Shown piece after piece: positions 52,451-64,000 of a DNA stretch of 64,000 nucleotides (positions are counted from its first letter, which is position 1; every line of letters begins with the position of its first letter). This stretch comes from the human T2T-CHM13v2.0 reference genome, Homo sapiens, in NCBI RefSeq assembly GCF_009914755.1, contig NC_060938.1; one strand, 5' to 3'. Below the pieces are notes generated by a model. The model had not been told where the DNA came from and did not search any database. It was given only the letters and a program-made list of their open reading frames with translations. Both the position numbers and the translations under genes were made by a program.

Positions 52451-52689
52451 GTGAGGGGAACTTAGATTTACTTTGTCACCATAGCTGTTCCTTCCATTGT
52501 TTCCATCTCTGTTTTAACGTAGTAGCTTCAAGGTCTTGTCCAGTGCCTACCATTCGTCAAGTCATCAATCATGTAACTATATTAATCATTGACATTTATT
52601 GTTTTTTTAGATGCTCAACTGGTCCTCCAAAACAGTATACTTTGGCGGTTCATAAATTGCAGATGGTGTTAATTAGGGGCCTAATAGAG

Positions 52690-52870
52690 AGAACACAGGG
52701 TTGAAGTCACCAGCCCCACCACTTGCTGTAACCCCAAACAAGTTGCTTCACACTCCTGAATTCGGTTCTTCATCTGTAAAATGAGGATAATGATATTGCT
52801 GCAGGGGATTTGTGAGGTTTGAATTAAGTAATACAGTATATGTAAAAGTCCAGAGTATGCCTTAAACGTT
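52690..52870 (+). mobile_element. MIR
   Basis: ttcttcatctgtaaaatgaggataatg core. Confidence 0.7.
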
Positions 52871-54476
52871 AACTGTGGCTGCTGCTGCTGCAGTTTTCAT
52901 CACTGGCACCCCCGTGAACTCTTCCAGCCACCAGGTTGAGTGTTAATTATTAGAAAATCAGTTAGTGTTTGCTGTAATTGATGAACAGTTGTGGTTTTTC
53001 AGCTCTTTAAGGGTGTTTTATACAGTTCTTTAAGTTGCTATGAACTTGCCATGAACTCCCACAAGGACGCCCCAGAAGCTGTGCTCTGGGCTCTTCTTGC
53101 GGCTGCAGAATCTCCCAGGGCCCCGGCAGCTGGTTGGGCAAAGTGTGCATCAGAGCCTTGTACTAAAGACTGGGCGGAGAATAATCCTGCTAAGTCAAAT
53201 TAGCTTGGTGTTTGTCGTCATGGGAACATCTTGAACTTGAAGCACAAAGGCTCCTATAATTTTTAGACTTTAATCCCAAATTTCAGAAATGTAATGCTCT
53301 CTTAAAATCTGTAATTTCCTTGTCCCCAAATTGAGCATTCTAAAAACACACATTTTGACCTTAAGGCACACCCTGCAGATTGCAGTTGTAAGATTCTGGC
53401 ACTGTCCACTCAAGGGTTCCCCAGTTAACAAAAAGACTATGTGGAAAGTGTATTCAGATAATCACCCTGAGAGTGATTTCAAAGCCAGCATACCATGAGG
53501 GTTTTTAAAAACCTGCTTGGAGATTACTAACTGAGCCACTGGAAGTTGCAAAGGAAGGAAGAGTGAAAGTTGAGCTAAGGAGGGTGTATAGACAGAGGAG
53601 ACAGAGAGGGGAAGGAAGGAAGAGAGGAGAGAGTCACTGGCTACCAAGGAGAGTGGCCAGCCCCAGGCAGGAGCTGCCTGGATGGGAGGCTTGTCATTTA
53701 CTTATGAGGAGGGAGGACGTTGAGCTTCAGTGCAGGCGCAGGGGTCTTGCTGTGTTAAGTTCCTCAGCTCCTGCGTGCTCCTTGTTGAGATCTGGTCCCC
53801 GTGCACCCTTCACTGAAGCTGTGCCCACTGGCGCCGCCTGAGACTCCCCACTTCCCAGGGCTCACCCCCTCCTCTGTGCAGCACCAGCACATTTACCTAA
53901 TCCTGCGCTAGCCTTTGCGCACCACTCCTTCTCTCCTGGTGTCGCTGCTACCTCTGACTCCTGTGGTAGCTTCTCAGCCCACGTCTTTAAACATTAGTTT
54001 CCCCAGGGCTCTTCTGTCCTTGGTCACCTCCTCCCTCGGTGATTTCCTCTGCATCCGTGGCTCAGCACCCGCCAGATGGATAGAGTCTGTCCTGAGCTGT
54101 CTCGCGTGTTGCAGGCTTGTATTCTCACCCACCCACACCTCCAGCTCCAAGTGTCAAGACTAGAGCCACCCAAGTCTGTGTGTGTTCCCAGAGCCCTGGC
54201 CCTAGAACAGCCCCCTGCCTGCCCCTCCCCTCCTCCTTTTTTGCTTACAGAGCAGGTGCTGCATTAAAGCAGTTTGTGTCTCTTCTGGTGACAGGGTCAG
54301 TGTGTGATACTTCCATTTATTTCATCCTTTCATTTAATAAATGTGTACCAAACTTTTGTATAAGGCTCTGCAAAGCTACGAAAATGATAAATGAGATAAG
54401 ATCTCAAGAAATGCGTGGACTAATGATGTAGATTTTTAAGTATGTACAGAGATACCTATACTAGAGTTATGTGCTC

Positions 54477-54823
54477 TGTCTTAGTGAGTTTGGGTTGCTG
54501 TAACAAAGTCCATAGACTGGGAAGCTTATAAACAGCAGAAATATATGTCTCACCATCCTGGAGGCTGGGAGTCCGAGACCAGGGGGGCCAGCATGGTCAG
54601 GTTCTGATGAGGGCTGTCTTCCAGGTTGCAGGCGGCCATCTTCTCACATGGTGGAAAAGGGTAAGAGAGCTCTCTGGGCCTCTTCCATAAGGGCACTAAT
54701 TCCACTCATGAGGGCTTCACCCTGCTGACCTCATCACCTCCCAAAGGCCCCACCCCCTAACACCATCACATTGAGGGTTAGGGTTTCCACACATGAATTT
54801 GGGGAATACAAACAGTCCATAGT
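54477..54823 (-). mobile_element. MaLR solo LTR (MLT1A0-like)
   Basis: tgtcttagt...ttgctgtaacaaa...ctcccaaaggccccacc...cagtccatag. Confidence 0.85.
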
Positions 54824-55184
54824 GTGCTCTAAGAGGGGAACAATCAGCCTCCACTCCATACCTGGGCTCTGGTTTACCCCTCATGCCTACGAATCCCCTG
54901 TGTATAGGGGATCCCTTCTCCTAGAGCAGGCTCTTTCCATCTGTGTCATAACAACACATTCAAGCCATTCATTTGATCTTTCCCGGAATTTCGCAGTCTT
55001 TGGGAAGACTTCCCCAGGCTGCCTTCCCAGGCCTCTGAGCACTCTAGTCCCTCTTGTCCTATGAATGAAGTTGGCCGCTTAACATGGACACCACCTCCAA
55101 ACAAAGGCATTGTACACAGGGTGGAACGTTTCTGTCGTTACTCGTGACGTCCTGTTAGCATTTGTCCCACGCCTGCCTTTAGGC

Positions 55185-55400
55185 CAGATTTCTTCAACCT
55201 CAGCACTATCGACGTCTGGGGCCAGGTGCTACTTTGTGGAGTGAGCCATCCCGGGCCATGCAGGATTTCTAGCTGCACCCCGGGCCTCCACCCACTACAT
55301 GGCAGTAGCAGTCCCTCCCCAGCTGTGGCAACAGAAGGATGTCGCCAGACATTGCCAGATGTCTTGGGGGCACCATCCCCCCGGGTTGCACACCACCATC
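55185..55400 (+). mobile_element. MER20 (hAT-Charlie)
   Basis: tcaacctcagcactatcgac...cctccacccacta...ccagacattgccagatgtc. Confidence 0.8.
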
Positions 55401-55405
55401 TGGAC

Positions 55406-55627
55406 CAAGGTTGTCCAACCCATGGGCCCATGGGCCTTGTGTGGCTCAGGACAGCTTTGAATGTGGCCCAACACAGATTTGTCAACTTTCTTAATACTCT
55501 ATTTTCTTTGCAATTTTTTTTTTGTTTAATTCGTCGGCTATCGTTAGCATTAGTATATTTTATATGTGGCCCAAGACAATTCTTCTTCCAATGTGGCCCA
55601 GGGAAACCAAAAGATTGGACATCCCTG
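55406..55627 (-). mobile_element. MER30 (hAT-Charlie)
   Basis: caaggttgtccaaccc...ccaaaagattggacatccctg. Confidence 0.85.
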
Positions 55628-55944
55628 GAAAGTGAAGCCTACTCAAGGGCAGGATTGCTTCCCTGGAAGCCCCTGGAGTGCTCTCACACGGTACTGTTGA
55701 AGTCTTAATGCCTCAGTTTCTCCATGACTGTGAACTGTGCTAGTGGCCTCAGTTAAAAAGGCAGAGAGAGAGCAGAGATGTTATTCTATGTGACACTCTG
55801 AAAAGCTTTTTGATCTCCGTCGCTAGGCCTGTCTTTTGAATATCCATGTGGAAGTATGACGTTCTATGTATATATTTGTATGCTTAGCAATAAAATAAAG
55901 TCACGATATTAAGGAGTTCACTGTCACTTCCATTCCACCCTTAG

Positions 55945-56079
55945 TAACATCAAGAGGACCAGCTCTTCTGAACGAGTGTCTCCTGGGGGTCGAAGGGAAA
56001 GCAATGGGGATTCCAGAGGAAACCGGAATCGCACAGGCTCCACCAGCAGCTCTTCCAGTGGCAAAAAGAACAGTGAAAG
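55945..56079 (+). CDS. EML1: EML1 coding exon (canonical exon 4), 135 nt, phase 2-2; basic Ser-rich region
   Basis: Acceptor cttccattccacccttag|TA, donor AAAG|gtaagg; reads (S)NIKRTSSSERVSPGGRRESNGDSRGNRNRTGSTSSSSSGKKNSE. Confidence 0.96.
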
Positions 56080-59044
56080 GTAAGGACGTCTTATCTCTCA
56101 GTTCCTGCTGTTCAGATATGTTAGTACGGCTTGTCCCCAGAGAGGAGTCAGAAGATCCCCTCATATTCCAACAAGCTGGGAGTACTCTTGGAGAAGAAGA
56201 CCTTCTCCTCAGGTATTTATAGGACTAATCAAACAGCCATTTGAGGGCAGCTGCCAGGCACAGTTCACACAAACTACCGTCCAGGTGGAAAAACTGTCAC
56301 TCAGATTCCCAGCACTCTCATGTAGACATAAGTAGTTCCTGAGAATTTCTTAGTACCAAGTACCTAGAACTGGGGAAGCCATTCTGAATTTCTACCTGAG
56401 CGCCTTCGATTTCTAGTACACTCTCCTGACCTTTTTAAGTTCATTTTAATGGACTGCTTTAAGTTTGTCAGCAGTATTTTCTGAGACACAGTGGCTGAAA
56501 AGTTGTAATTTTATGATTTATCAGAGGCTATGTTTAATATTGATGCTAACACCAGAAATGTGAACCATTTTTCTTTATGGTTTCATGAAATACGTGGACT
56601 CCAAATTTTTGAGTTTTTCTATGAGGTTAGTTTGTAATGGATTATGATAAGTATCGGTGAAACTAATAGTAACATTTTGTTCCTGAATGCTGCTTTTTGG
56701 CATTTTAGCAGCTTGTTTTGTGTCTATATAATATATTTATATCTATATAATGTACTTTGTAAAGAAAATCCAGTTTCTCTGTGTATTTTTACCTAACATT
56801 GTACTTTGTTCTCACTTTTTAAACATTGTACTTTAATTTTATTCTCTCTGTTTAGTAAAGCTGAGGAAGGAATTTCAGCTTCAGAGGCTAAGCATGTGTT
56901 TTTTTTCCCAAATGTTCATGTAAGGAGAAGGCTTAGTCATAAAGCAATCGACTCCAACCCACAGGCTATAAAACTTCCAAGTTTGTAAATCCATGGTGAT
57001 TCAGTCCTATAAAGGAAGCTTAAACTCTTTTTCAGTTTTATTCCTAAAAGATGTCTGTTGTAGAAAACATAGAGACACTTCTCACATCTATAACAGGTCA
57101 GGTCCACGGTCTATTAACAATTTAAAAAACCATTAACATGGGTTCTGTCTTCTTCTCATTTAGACTATTAGTACTTCTTATCAGAAGATTATGCTAATGG
57201 GGTGATAATACCTTGGAAATGAGGCCAAGTGGTTACAGTGGCAACAGAGTGTGAATTAGTGGGAGGTGCAACGTAGCCCAAAGCTTCTTTGAATTCAGGG
57301 TAAGCTTGGAAGTTGACCTGAAATGTCTAGATCTTGGCAGTTCTTAGAGACTTGGCTCCTCCTCTGCACATCTGATTTTTATTAAGAATTTCCAAAAAGA
57401 ATCTGCATTGTGTAAACTCCAGATCCATTTTATCTTTAAAATCCTATGGCTTTGGTAAATGTGCTGGGTAAATATTTCCATAGAAGATATTTACAAAGAG
57501 ATTTTTGAGAAATGCCACAGTAGGAAATTTTGATTTGGAAATGAGGGACTGGGAAAATTTACTAATCATGTTCCCAAACTAATTCAGGCAACTAAACATG
57601 TCCATTTAAAAATAAATTCTTTGTCTTGTTAGAACCCAGGCGTGGTTGAGGCGAGCATAGCACAGAGCTGGCTGAGTTTCATGCATCATGCACTGAAGGG
57701 GTTTCAGAGACAGTTACTGTCTCCTCTTAGGCAATTGCTGGTCTTGACAGGGACCCATAGGAGTAAGAGCTGCAGTAACTCAAAAGAAGCAGCTAAGACT
57801 CGGTAGAAGTGAAGGTTAAGCTGGTAATTCAGTGGCTGCCTGACCCCTTCCCGCCTTTCTTCCTCTGTATTCCCACGTGCGCAGCCCCATGCTCAGGCTG
57901 CCTTGACCCCAGCACCAAAGCAGATCTGGAGTCTTGCTGAGAAATGCCACCCTCGAGGATGGGACACAGGGAAGGAAAGGAGTAGGGAGGTGGCCCCCAT
58001 GTAATTTCTGTTTTTAAACATTACTGCGTTCAGTGGACTCAAGATGGCATGCCTCGTCCCCATCGCTCACTCGACATGTCCATTGTTCCTACAGGCTGTC
58101 CTGTGATTTAAAAAATTGCCCTTGTTGGGTTCCTGTAGGCAGCAAGACATGGTGGAAAGGGCAGAGGCTCTGCAGTAAAAGAAAGATCTGGGTGTGTATC
58201 CAGTTCTGCCTTAATGTCTCCAAGCCTCAGTTTTTTCCTCTACAAATTAGAGATTTTATACCTAATGCCCTTGAATCTTATAAATGAGCTAACTTGTAGG
58301 AAATTATCCAGCGTAGGGCTTGGCACTCAGTAAATGATCGTCATCCCTGTGATAGTTCTTATAAAGACAGGCTTGTGTGGAGCAGAGGAAAGTAATCAGT
58401 GAGATTTTCTACAATTCCTCACTTTTTATTTTCCTCATTTGTAAGATGAAAGTGTTAGATTTTGTCACAATCCGCGTTGCACTTGTGTCTAACGTAGTTG
58501 GGGGAAATAAAGTATTATAAATCCTTGTGAAGCTCACAGTTCTTAAATAAGGCATCGGGCGGGAGCTGGTCTGTGGGCTGCTTGCGATCCCAGCCTGCCC
58601 GCTGTTCCAGAGCCCCATTCTCTTCCACTCAGGAAGGCTAGTTAGGGTGCATGTGAGTGAGAGTGCTGACGTCATAGGGATGGCTTCCACCCTGTGCTGC
58701 TTTGTAGAAGAAGCAAATCATTCACACAGGCAGTGCTTTAACTTGCAGCCACAACAGATTATTAGCCATAAAGCTCACAGCTTCTCACACGCCATGTGCA
58801 AAGCTGTCGTTAGCACATATGGCACTTAGGCGCAAATTAGAAAAAGGCTCCCTTTACTTCAGAAAAACAGTTCCATCTCAGCACTATTTCTCAATAATAA
58901 TACTTACAGCAGATAGAAAACCATTCTGTATAAATTATACAAATCTTACTATTGAACACAAAATAATAGTGTTTGTGGAGTCCTAAATATTAACCTTTTC
59001 TGAGATACTTTATTTTAAAGTAATTACCTGTTTTGCTTTCATAA

Positions 59045-59359
<315 letters not shown>

Positions 59360-60000
59360 AAAACTGTATTCTTTATGATAGTTTCAGTCTTCTTGCTCCC
59401 ATGTCTCATTTTCTTTACAAATGGTCACTGGATTCGAGTCTTTCTTGTGATATGGAAGACCTTTATCTTAGAATGTTTAATTTTTTCAAATACTTTGTAA
59501 CAAGCCACAAAATTTTAACAGCATTTAATCTTTGCACCAACAAAACCTCTATTAAAAACAAAAGCAATATATGGTAGTATTTTACTTTATGTATTATTGA
59601 TGATAAATGAACGTTAATAATTACATAGTGATTCATGTCATCATGAAATACTACATTTAAATAGAGAATTGGCAATAACATCGTGATGGAAGGCTTGTAA
59701 AATGTAGCCAGTGAACTAATCTGATGGAGATATTTTTCAATTAAAAAAGTATTTTATACCTGATAGAAAATTGGCTGCTTATTTAGAAGCACAGTTCATG
59801 TTAGATGTTGCTAGATTGATAAAGCATTTCAATTATCAAACTGGTTCCCCTTTTGTAAGTCTTAAGGGAATGAGCTATGTCAGCTCTATAAGCAAGACAC
59901 TGTTTCAGCTTTACTGAAAGTTGTTGAAATGAGTTGATTTTGTTAGAATAAGGATGTTTCAGTCATGTGCTAGAAACTTTGTTGTCACATATGTATAAAT

Positions 60001-60244
60001 CAGGGGTGTCCCTGGACTTCGGCCTCCCTGGACTTTTGGCTTCCCCAGATTAAAAGAATTGTCTTGGGCCACACACAAAATACACGAACAATAATGATAG
60101 CTGATGAGCTAAAAAAAAAAAAAAGAAAAAAGAAAATTGCCAAAAAAATCTCATGTTTAAGAAAGTTTACAAATTTGTGTTGGGCCACATTCAAAGTCGT
60201 CCTGGGCCGCATGTGGCCTGTGGGCTGTGGGTTGGACAAGTTTG
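60001..60244 (+). mobile_element. MER30 (hAT-Charlie)
   Basis: caggggtgtcc...gggttggacaagtttg; degenerate 8-bp TSD gtataaat/atataaac. Confidence 0.87.
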
Positions 60245-60704
60245 ATATAAACTGCCCATCTTTGGAGTCAACAAACATGAAAAAAAAAAAACCCACCTCA
60301 AAATAGTGAAGACGTTGGCATGTTAGGTGTGGTGCCCTTTTGTGTTGTGCCCCCTCAACCCCGGGATCAGACAGCCCCGTAGTACAGCTGTCAGGTCGAG
60401 AACCACTGGGCTGGACACCTTGAGCGCCTGTCCTTTCTAAAGCTCTAGCATTTGGTGACTATTTCATCTCAGGGCTCTTCAGGGCGCAAAGTTGTTTTTC
60501 CTTTACGATAGCATCACTGCTGCCGTCGGCTCAACAGTACTCCTTGGCTGGGGCTCCGGGCCCTTCATCCACCAGCTCCTCATTCCCTTTTGTGCCCTGA
60601 CACGCATGCCTCTCCAACACATTGCGCACTTTTCCCCAGCACAACTTTTTTCCTTTTTTGAGGCCATTTATTTATTATACAAGTAACTTGTTTTAGAAAA
60701 TCTA

Positions 60705-61006
60705 GGCCGGGCGTGGTGGCCCACTCCTGTAATCCTAGCACTTCAGCAGGCCGAAGCGGGTGGATCACTTGAGCCCAGGAATTCAAGACCAGCCTGGACA
60801 ACATGGCAAGACCCCATCTCTACAAAAAATACAAAAATTAGCTGAGCGTGTTGGCACATACCTGTAGTCCCACCTACTTGAGAGGCTGATGTGGGAGGAT
60901 TGCTCGAGCCTGGGAGGCTGAGACTACAGTGAGCTGCGATCATACCACTGTACTCCGGACTGAGCAATGGGAATGAGACCCTTCCTCAAAAAAAAAAAAA
61001 AAAAAA
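60705..61006 (+). mobile_element. Alu (AluJb-like)
   Basis: Dimer; TSD aaaatcta. Confidence 0.93.
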
Positions 61007-62634
61007 TCTAGATGCACTAAAAAGAAGAAACAACAATCACCTGCAGTCTCACCACTCAGCGAACTCACAGCCAACAGTCATTACATTTCCACGTGGACTT
61101 TTATTTGCAGGGTGCTGTATGAGTGTAGTGTATAATTTTGACATAAATGCCATTCTTGTGCATATTTTGTGATCCCTTCTTCATTTGCTAAATGAGCATG
61201 TCTTTGTGTGAATAAATGCACTCTTGCAATGTTATTTTAGATGTGGTTCATCATGTTTCCAGCCCGAAGTACTTCAGTTGGACGTTTAAGTACCAAACAA
61301 GTTTCACTAATCCACTCAGACCAGGCCACCATCTAGAACAATGCCCAGCACACAGTAGGTGCTCAACAAGCATTAGTCGAATGAATCTTTTTGCCCTGAT
61401 CACTATAACAAAAGAAGGTTAAAATGATGGGCCTTTATTGCCACAGCCAAGTGTTAATCCCAGCTCTGCTGCTTTGCTTTGTCATTGTGAACAAGTGACT
61501 TAATCTCTTTGGGGTTTTCCTCAGTAGCAGTAAAAGTGGTACCTGCCTCACAGGGTGCCTAAGATCCCATGCATAGGAGCCTCAGTGCAGAGCTGGTCTG
61601 CGGTCGGCTCGCCACAGTGGCAGCTGTGAGTGTCATGTCTGCATCCCAGACTGTTGGAGTTGAGGCCTGCACACTTGTGTCCCTCCCACTCCCCTGCTTG
61701 CAGGGCTTTTTTTCTTGGGGATGTCTTGGAATTCCCCAGCGCCTGTTTCTGCCTTTATCCCAGCCTGAAAAGCGAGGAATCAGAAATTCTGAAAATTGTT
61801 CTCACCTTGCTCTTTCAGTTTCACTGCTGTGCTGGACTTATGGAGCACCTGCTGTGTACAGAACGTAGTCCAAGGCATGGCAGGGAGTGGGAAGGAGCAG
61901 CACAGAAAGACTCATTCTCCTAACAAATGTCAGTGGCACAATGCCTGCAGGGCTGCTTTGCTTAATTCCCAAAGGACTCACAAATGGGAGAACAAGATAA
62001 TCCACGGAATAGAAAAATGGTAAAGGGTCTGCACAGGCGCTCACTGAGAAGGAAATACCAGTGGCCCTTAACTCATGAATAGGCAATCAAGCCCAGACCT
62101 AATTAAAGACATGCCGATCTAAGTAAGAAGATAACATATTTAGAAAATTCTTTTTACTTTACTATAAAATAAAGCACAGATGCAGAAAACCACACAAGCA
62201 AATTCGTAGCTTAATGAATTGTTCTAAGGCAAACACCTTCTAGCACCTAGGAGGAGGAGGGGTTTTCCCCTCTCCCAAGTGACAGGTGGATGTATCTGGA
62301 ACTGGGGGTGGGGGCAGGGAAGGTGACTGTTTTTGATGAACTCCAGCTCATCCTTCGAGACCCAACTCAGGATCCCCTTTTTCTGGGAGCCTCCCCTGGC
62401 TCTCTAGTCTGAGAGCAGTGCTTTTCAGATGGTGTCGTAACTGCCTGTTAACTTTATCTGTGACTCTGTAGCTCTCCTCCCTTCACCATGCTGCACACAC
62501 CGCTTGCCCTCCCTTAGGCTCTGGAGGCCCAGGCCGTGCCATTCTTATTCTTTGTATCTCTAGTACTTTACACAGCACTTGGTGAACATGAGTGCTCAAT
62601 AACTATTTGTTGAATGGATGGAAGGATATTGTAT

Positions 62635-62956
62635 ACGATCAGGCATCACTTAATGACAGGCACATTCTGAGAAATGCATTGTTAGGTGTTTTCTCATTGT
62701 GTGAACATCATGGAGTGTGTGTTTACAGAAACCTTCATGGTCCAGCCTGATGGTCTAGCCTGCTGCTCCTGGGCTACAGACCTGTACAGCACATGACTAT
62801 AGGGAATACTGCAGGCAGTGGTAACACAGTGTTAAATATTGGTGTATCTAAACATAGAAAAGATACCATAAAAATACAGTATTATAATTTTGTGGGACCA
62901 CAGACATCTATGTGGTCCATCATTGACAGAAACACCCGTGTCTGGCCCATGACTGC
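62635..62956 (+). mobile_element. Tigger3a-like DNA transposon
   Basis: cacttaatgacagg..cattctgagaaatgcattgttagg...gctcctgggctaca...catgactg. Confidence 0.8.
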
Positions 62957-63655
62957 ATTTCATTTGAAAGCCACAGCCATTCAAGAACTATGTAAACAGC
63001 ACCACCTATGGGTAGACAATTTTAACACCACATTTTACACTGGAAGATGAGACTTAAGCATTTTTTACTGAAAAAAATGTTTCACTCTTCAAGCCATGGG
63101 GTCATTTATGTTTTAATAAATTTCAAAATGATAAGTGCTAATATTCTTCATATTGTTTTAGTTTTGAGACTGTTAGCTGAGGAGTCTGGAAATACAAAGG
63201 TTTTTGCAGTGAAAGGAGGAGGAAGAGGGAAGCCATATTAATTAATAACATGTTGGACGCATTGTAACATATCTTATTTAATCGTGCCAATAACCTGTTC
63301 CTCACAGTGGTTGTATTCCCATTTTTAGATTAAGGAGGTTAAGCTGGTGGAGGTGAAGCCCCTCACCCAAGCCCTAGAACACGGATCCAGCTGGCCTCAA
63401 AATCTGTGCTCCTTCCACCATGTTAAGCTGGGAAGTATTGGTTGGAAATGTCTATGAAGCAGTCGCTTTTGTCCCAAATAAAGTCTCCAGCAACTTCTAA
63501 ACATTTTGAATAGATGGTTCTTAAATGACCCTATTTCTAATAAAAAGCTGCTTAAGGACAATTTTTGTAGAGTCATTATTTCCATGGTGGAGTATTCTGA
63601 CTTCCAGCAGGAACTTTATTTCATCACGTGAAGTCATTTTTAAAAGCAGTCATGT

Positions 63656-63945
63656 GGCTGAGCCCAGTGGCTCACACCTGGAATCCCAGCACTTTGGGAG
63701 GCCAAGACAGGCAGATCATTTGAGGCCAGGAGTTTGACACCAGCCTGGACAACATGGCGGAACCCTGTCTCTACAAAAAATCTAAACATTAGCCGAGTTT
63801 GGTGGCATATGCCTGTAGTCCCAGATACTTGGGAGGCTGAGGTGAGAGGATGGCTTGAGCCAGGAGGTGGAGGTTGCCGTGAGCCGAGATCACACCACTG
63901 CACTTCAGCCTGCGCGACAGAGCCAGACCCTGTCTCAAACAAAAA
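63656..63945 (+). mobile_element. Alu (AluJ/S)
   Basis: Dimer; TSD aaaag(c/a)agtcatgt. Confidence 0.93.
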
Positions 63946-64000
63946 GAAGTCATGTTATTCCAAGAGCCAAAGTTGTTCTGGATTAATAAATTGTAGGGAA

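Overview
This is primate (almost certainly human) genomic DNA lying entirely inside the + strand gene EML1 (echinoderm microtubule-associated protein-like 1). Three constitutive coding exons are readable with canonical splice sites: 28315-28497 (coiled-coil trimerisation domain), 42975-43107 and 55945-56079 (basic Ser/Arg-rich linker). A 57-nt in-frame cassette exon lies at 52394-52450, and all four splice into one open frame. The first exon and the downstream HELP/WD40 exons are outside the window. The rest is intron, dense in Alu (about 29 copies), mostly antisense old L1, MIR/L2, MaLR LTRs and DNA transposons (Tigger1, Tigger2a nested in MER44, Tigger3, MER1A, MER20, MER30). Most ORFs in the supplied track are Alu/L1 artefacts. 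I see no support for a wholly new multi-gene system. The best leads are RNA-level or regulatory: circRNA-favouring inverted Alus around exons 2-3 with a translatable product, an 81-nt Alu fold-back hairpin, a (CG)8(TG)14(CG)6 Z-DNA tract next to an orphan splice donor, a NOVA-like/SRRM4-like motif arrangement around the cassette exon, and several local duplications. Repeat subfamily names come from recalled consensus sequences, and repeat boundaries are approximate unless target-site duplications (TSDs) are quoted.
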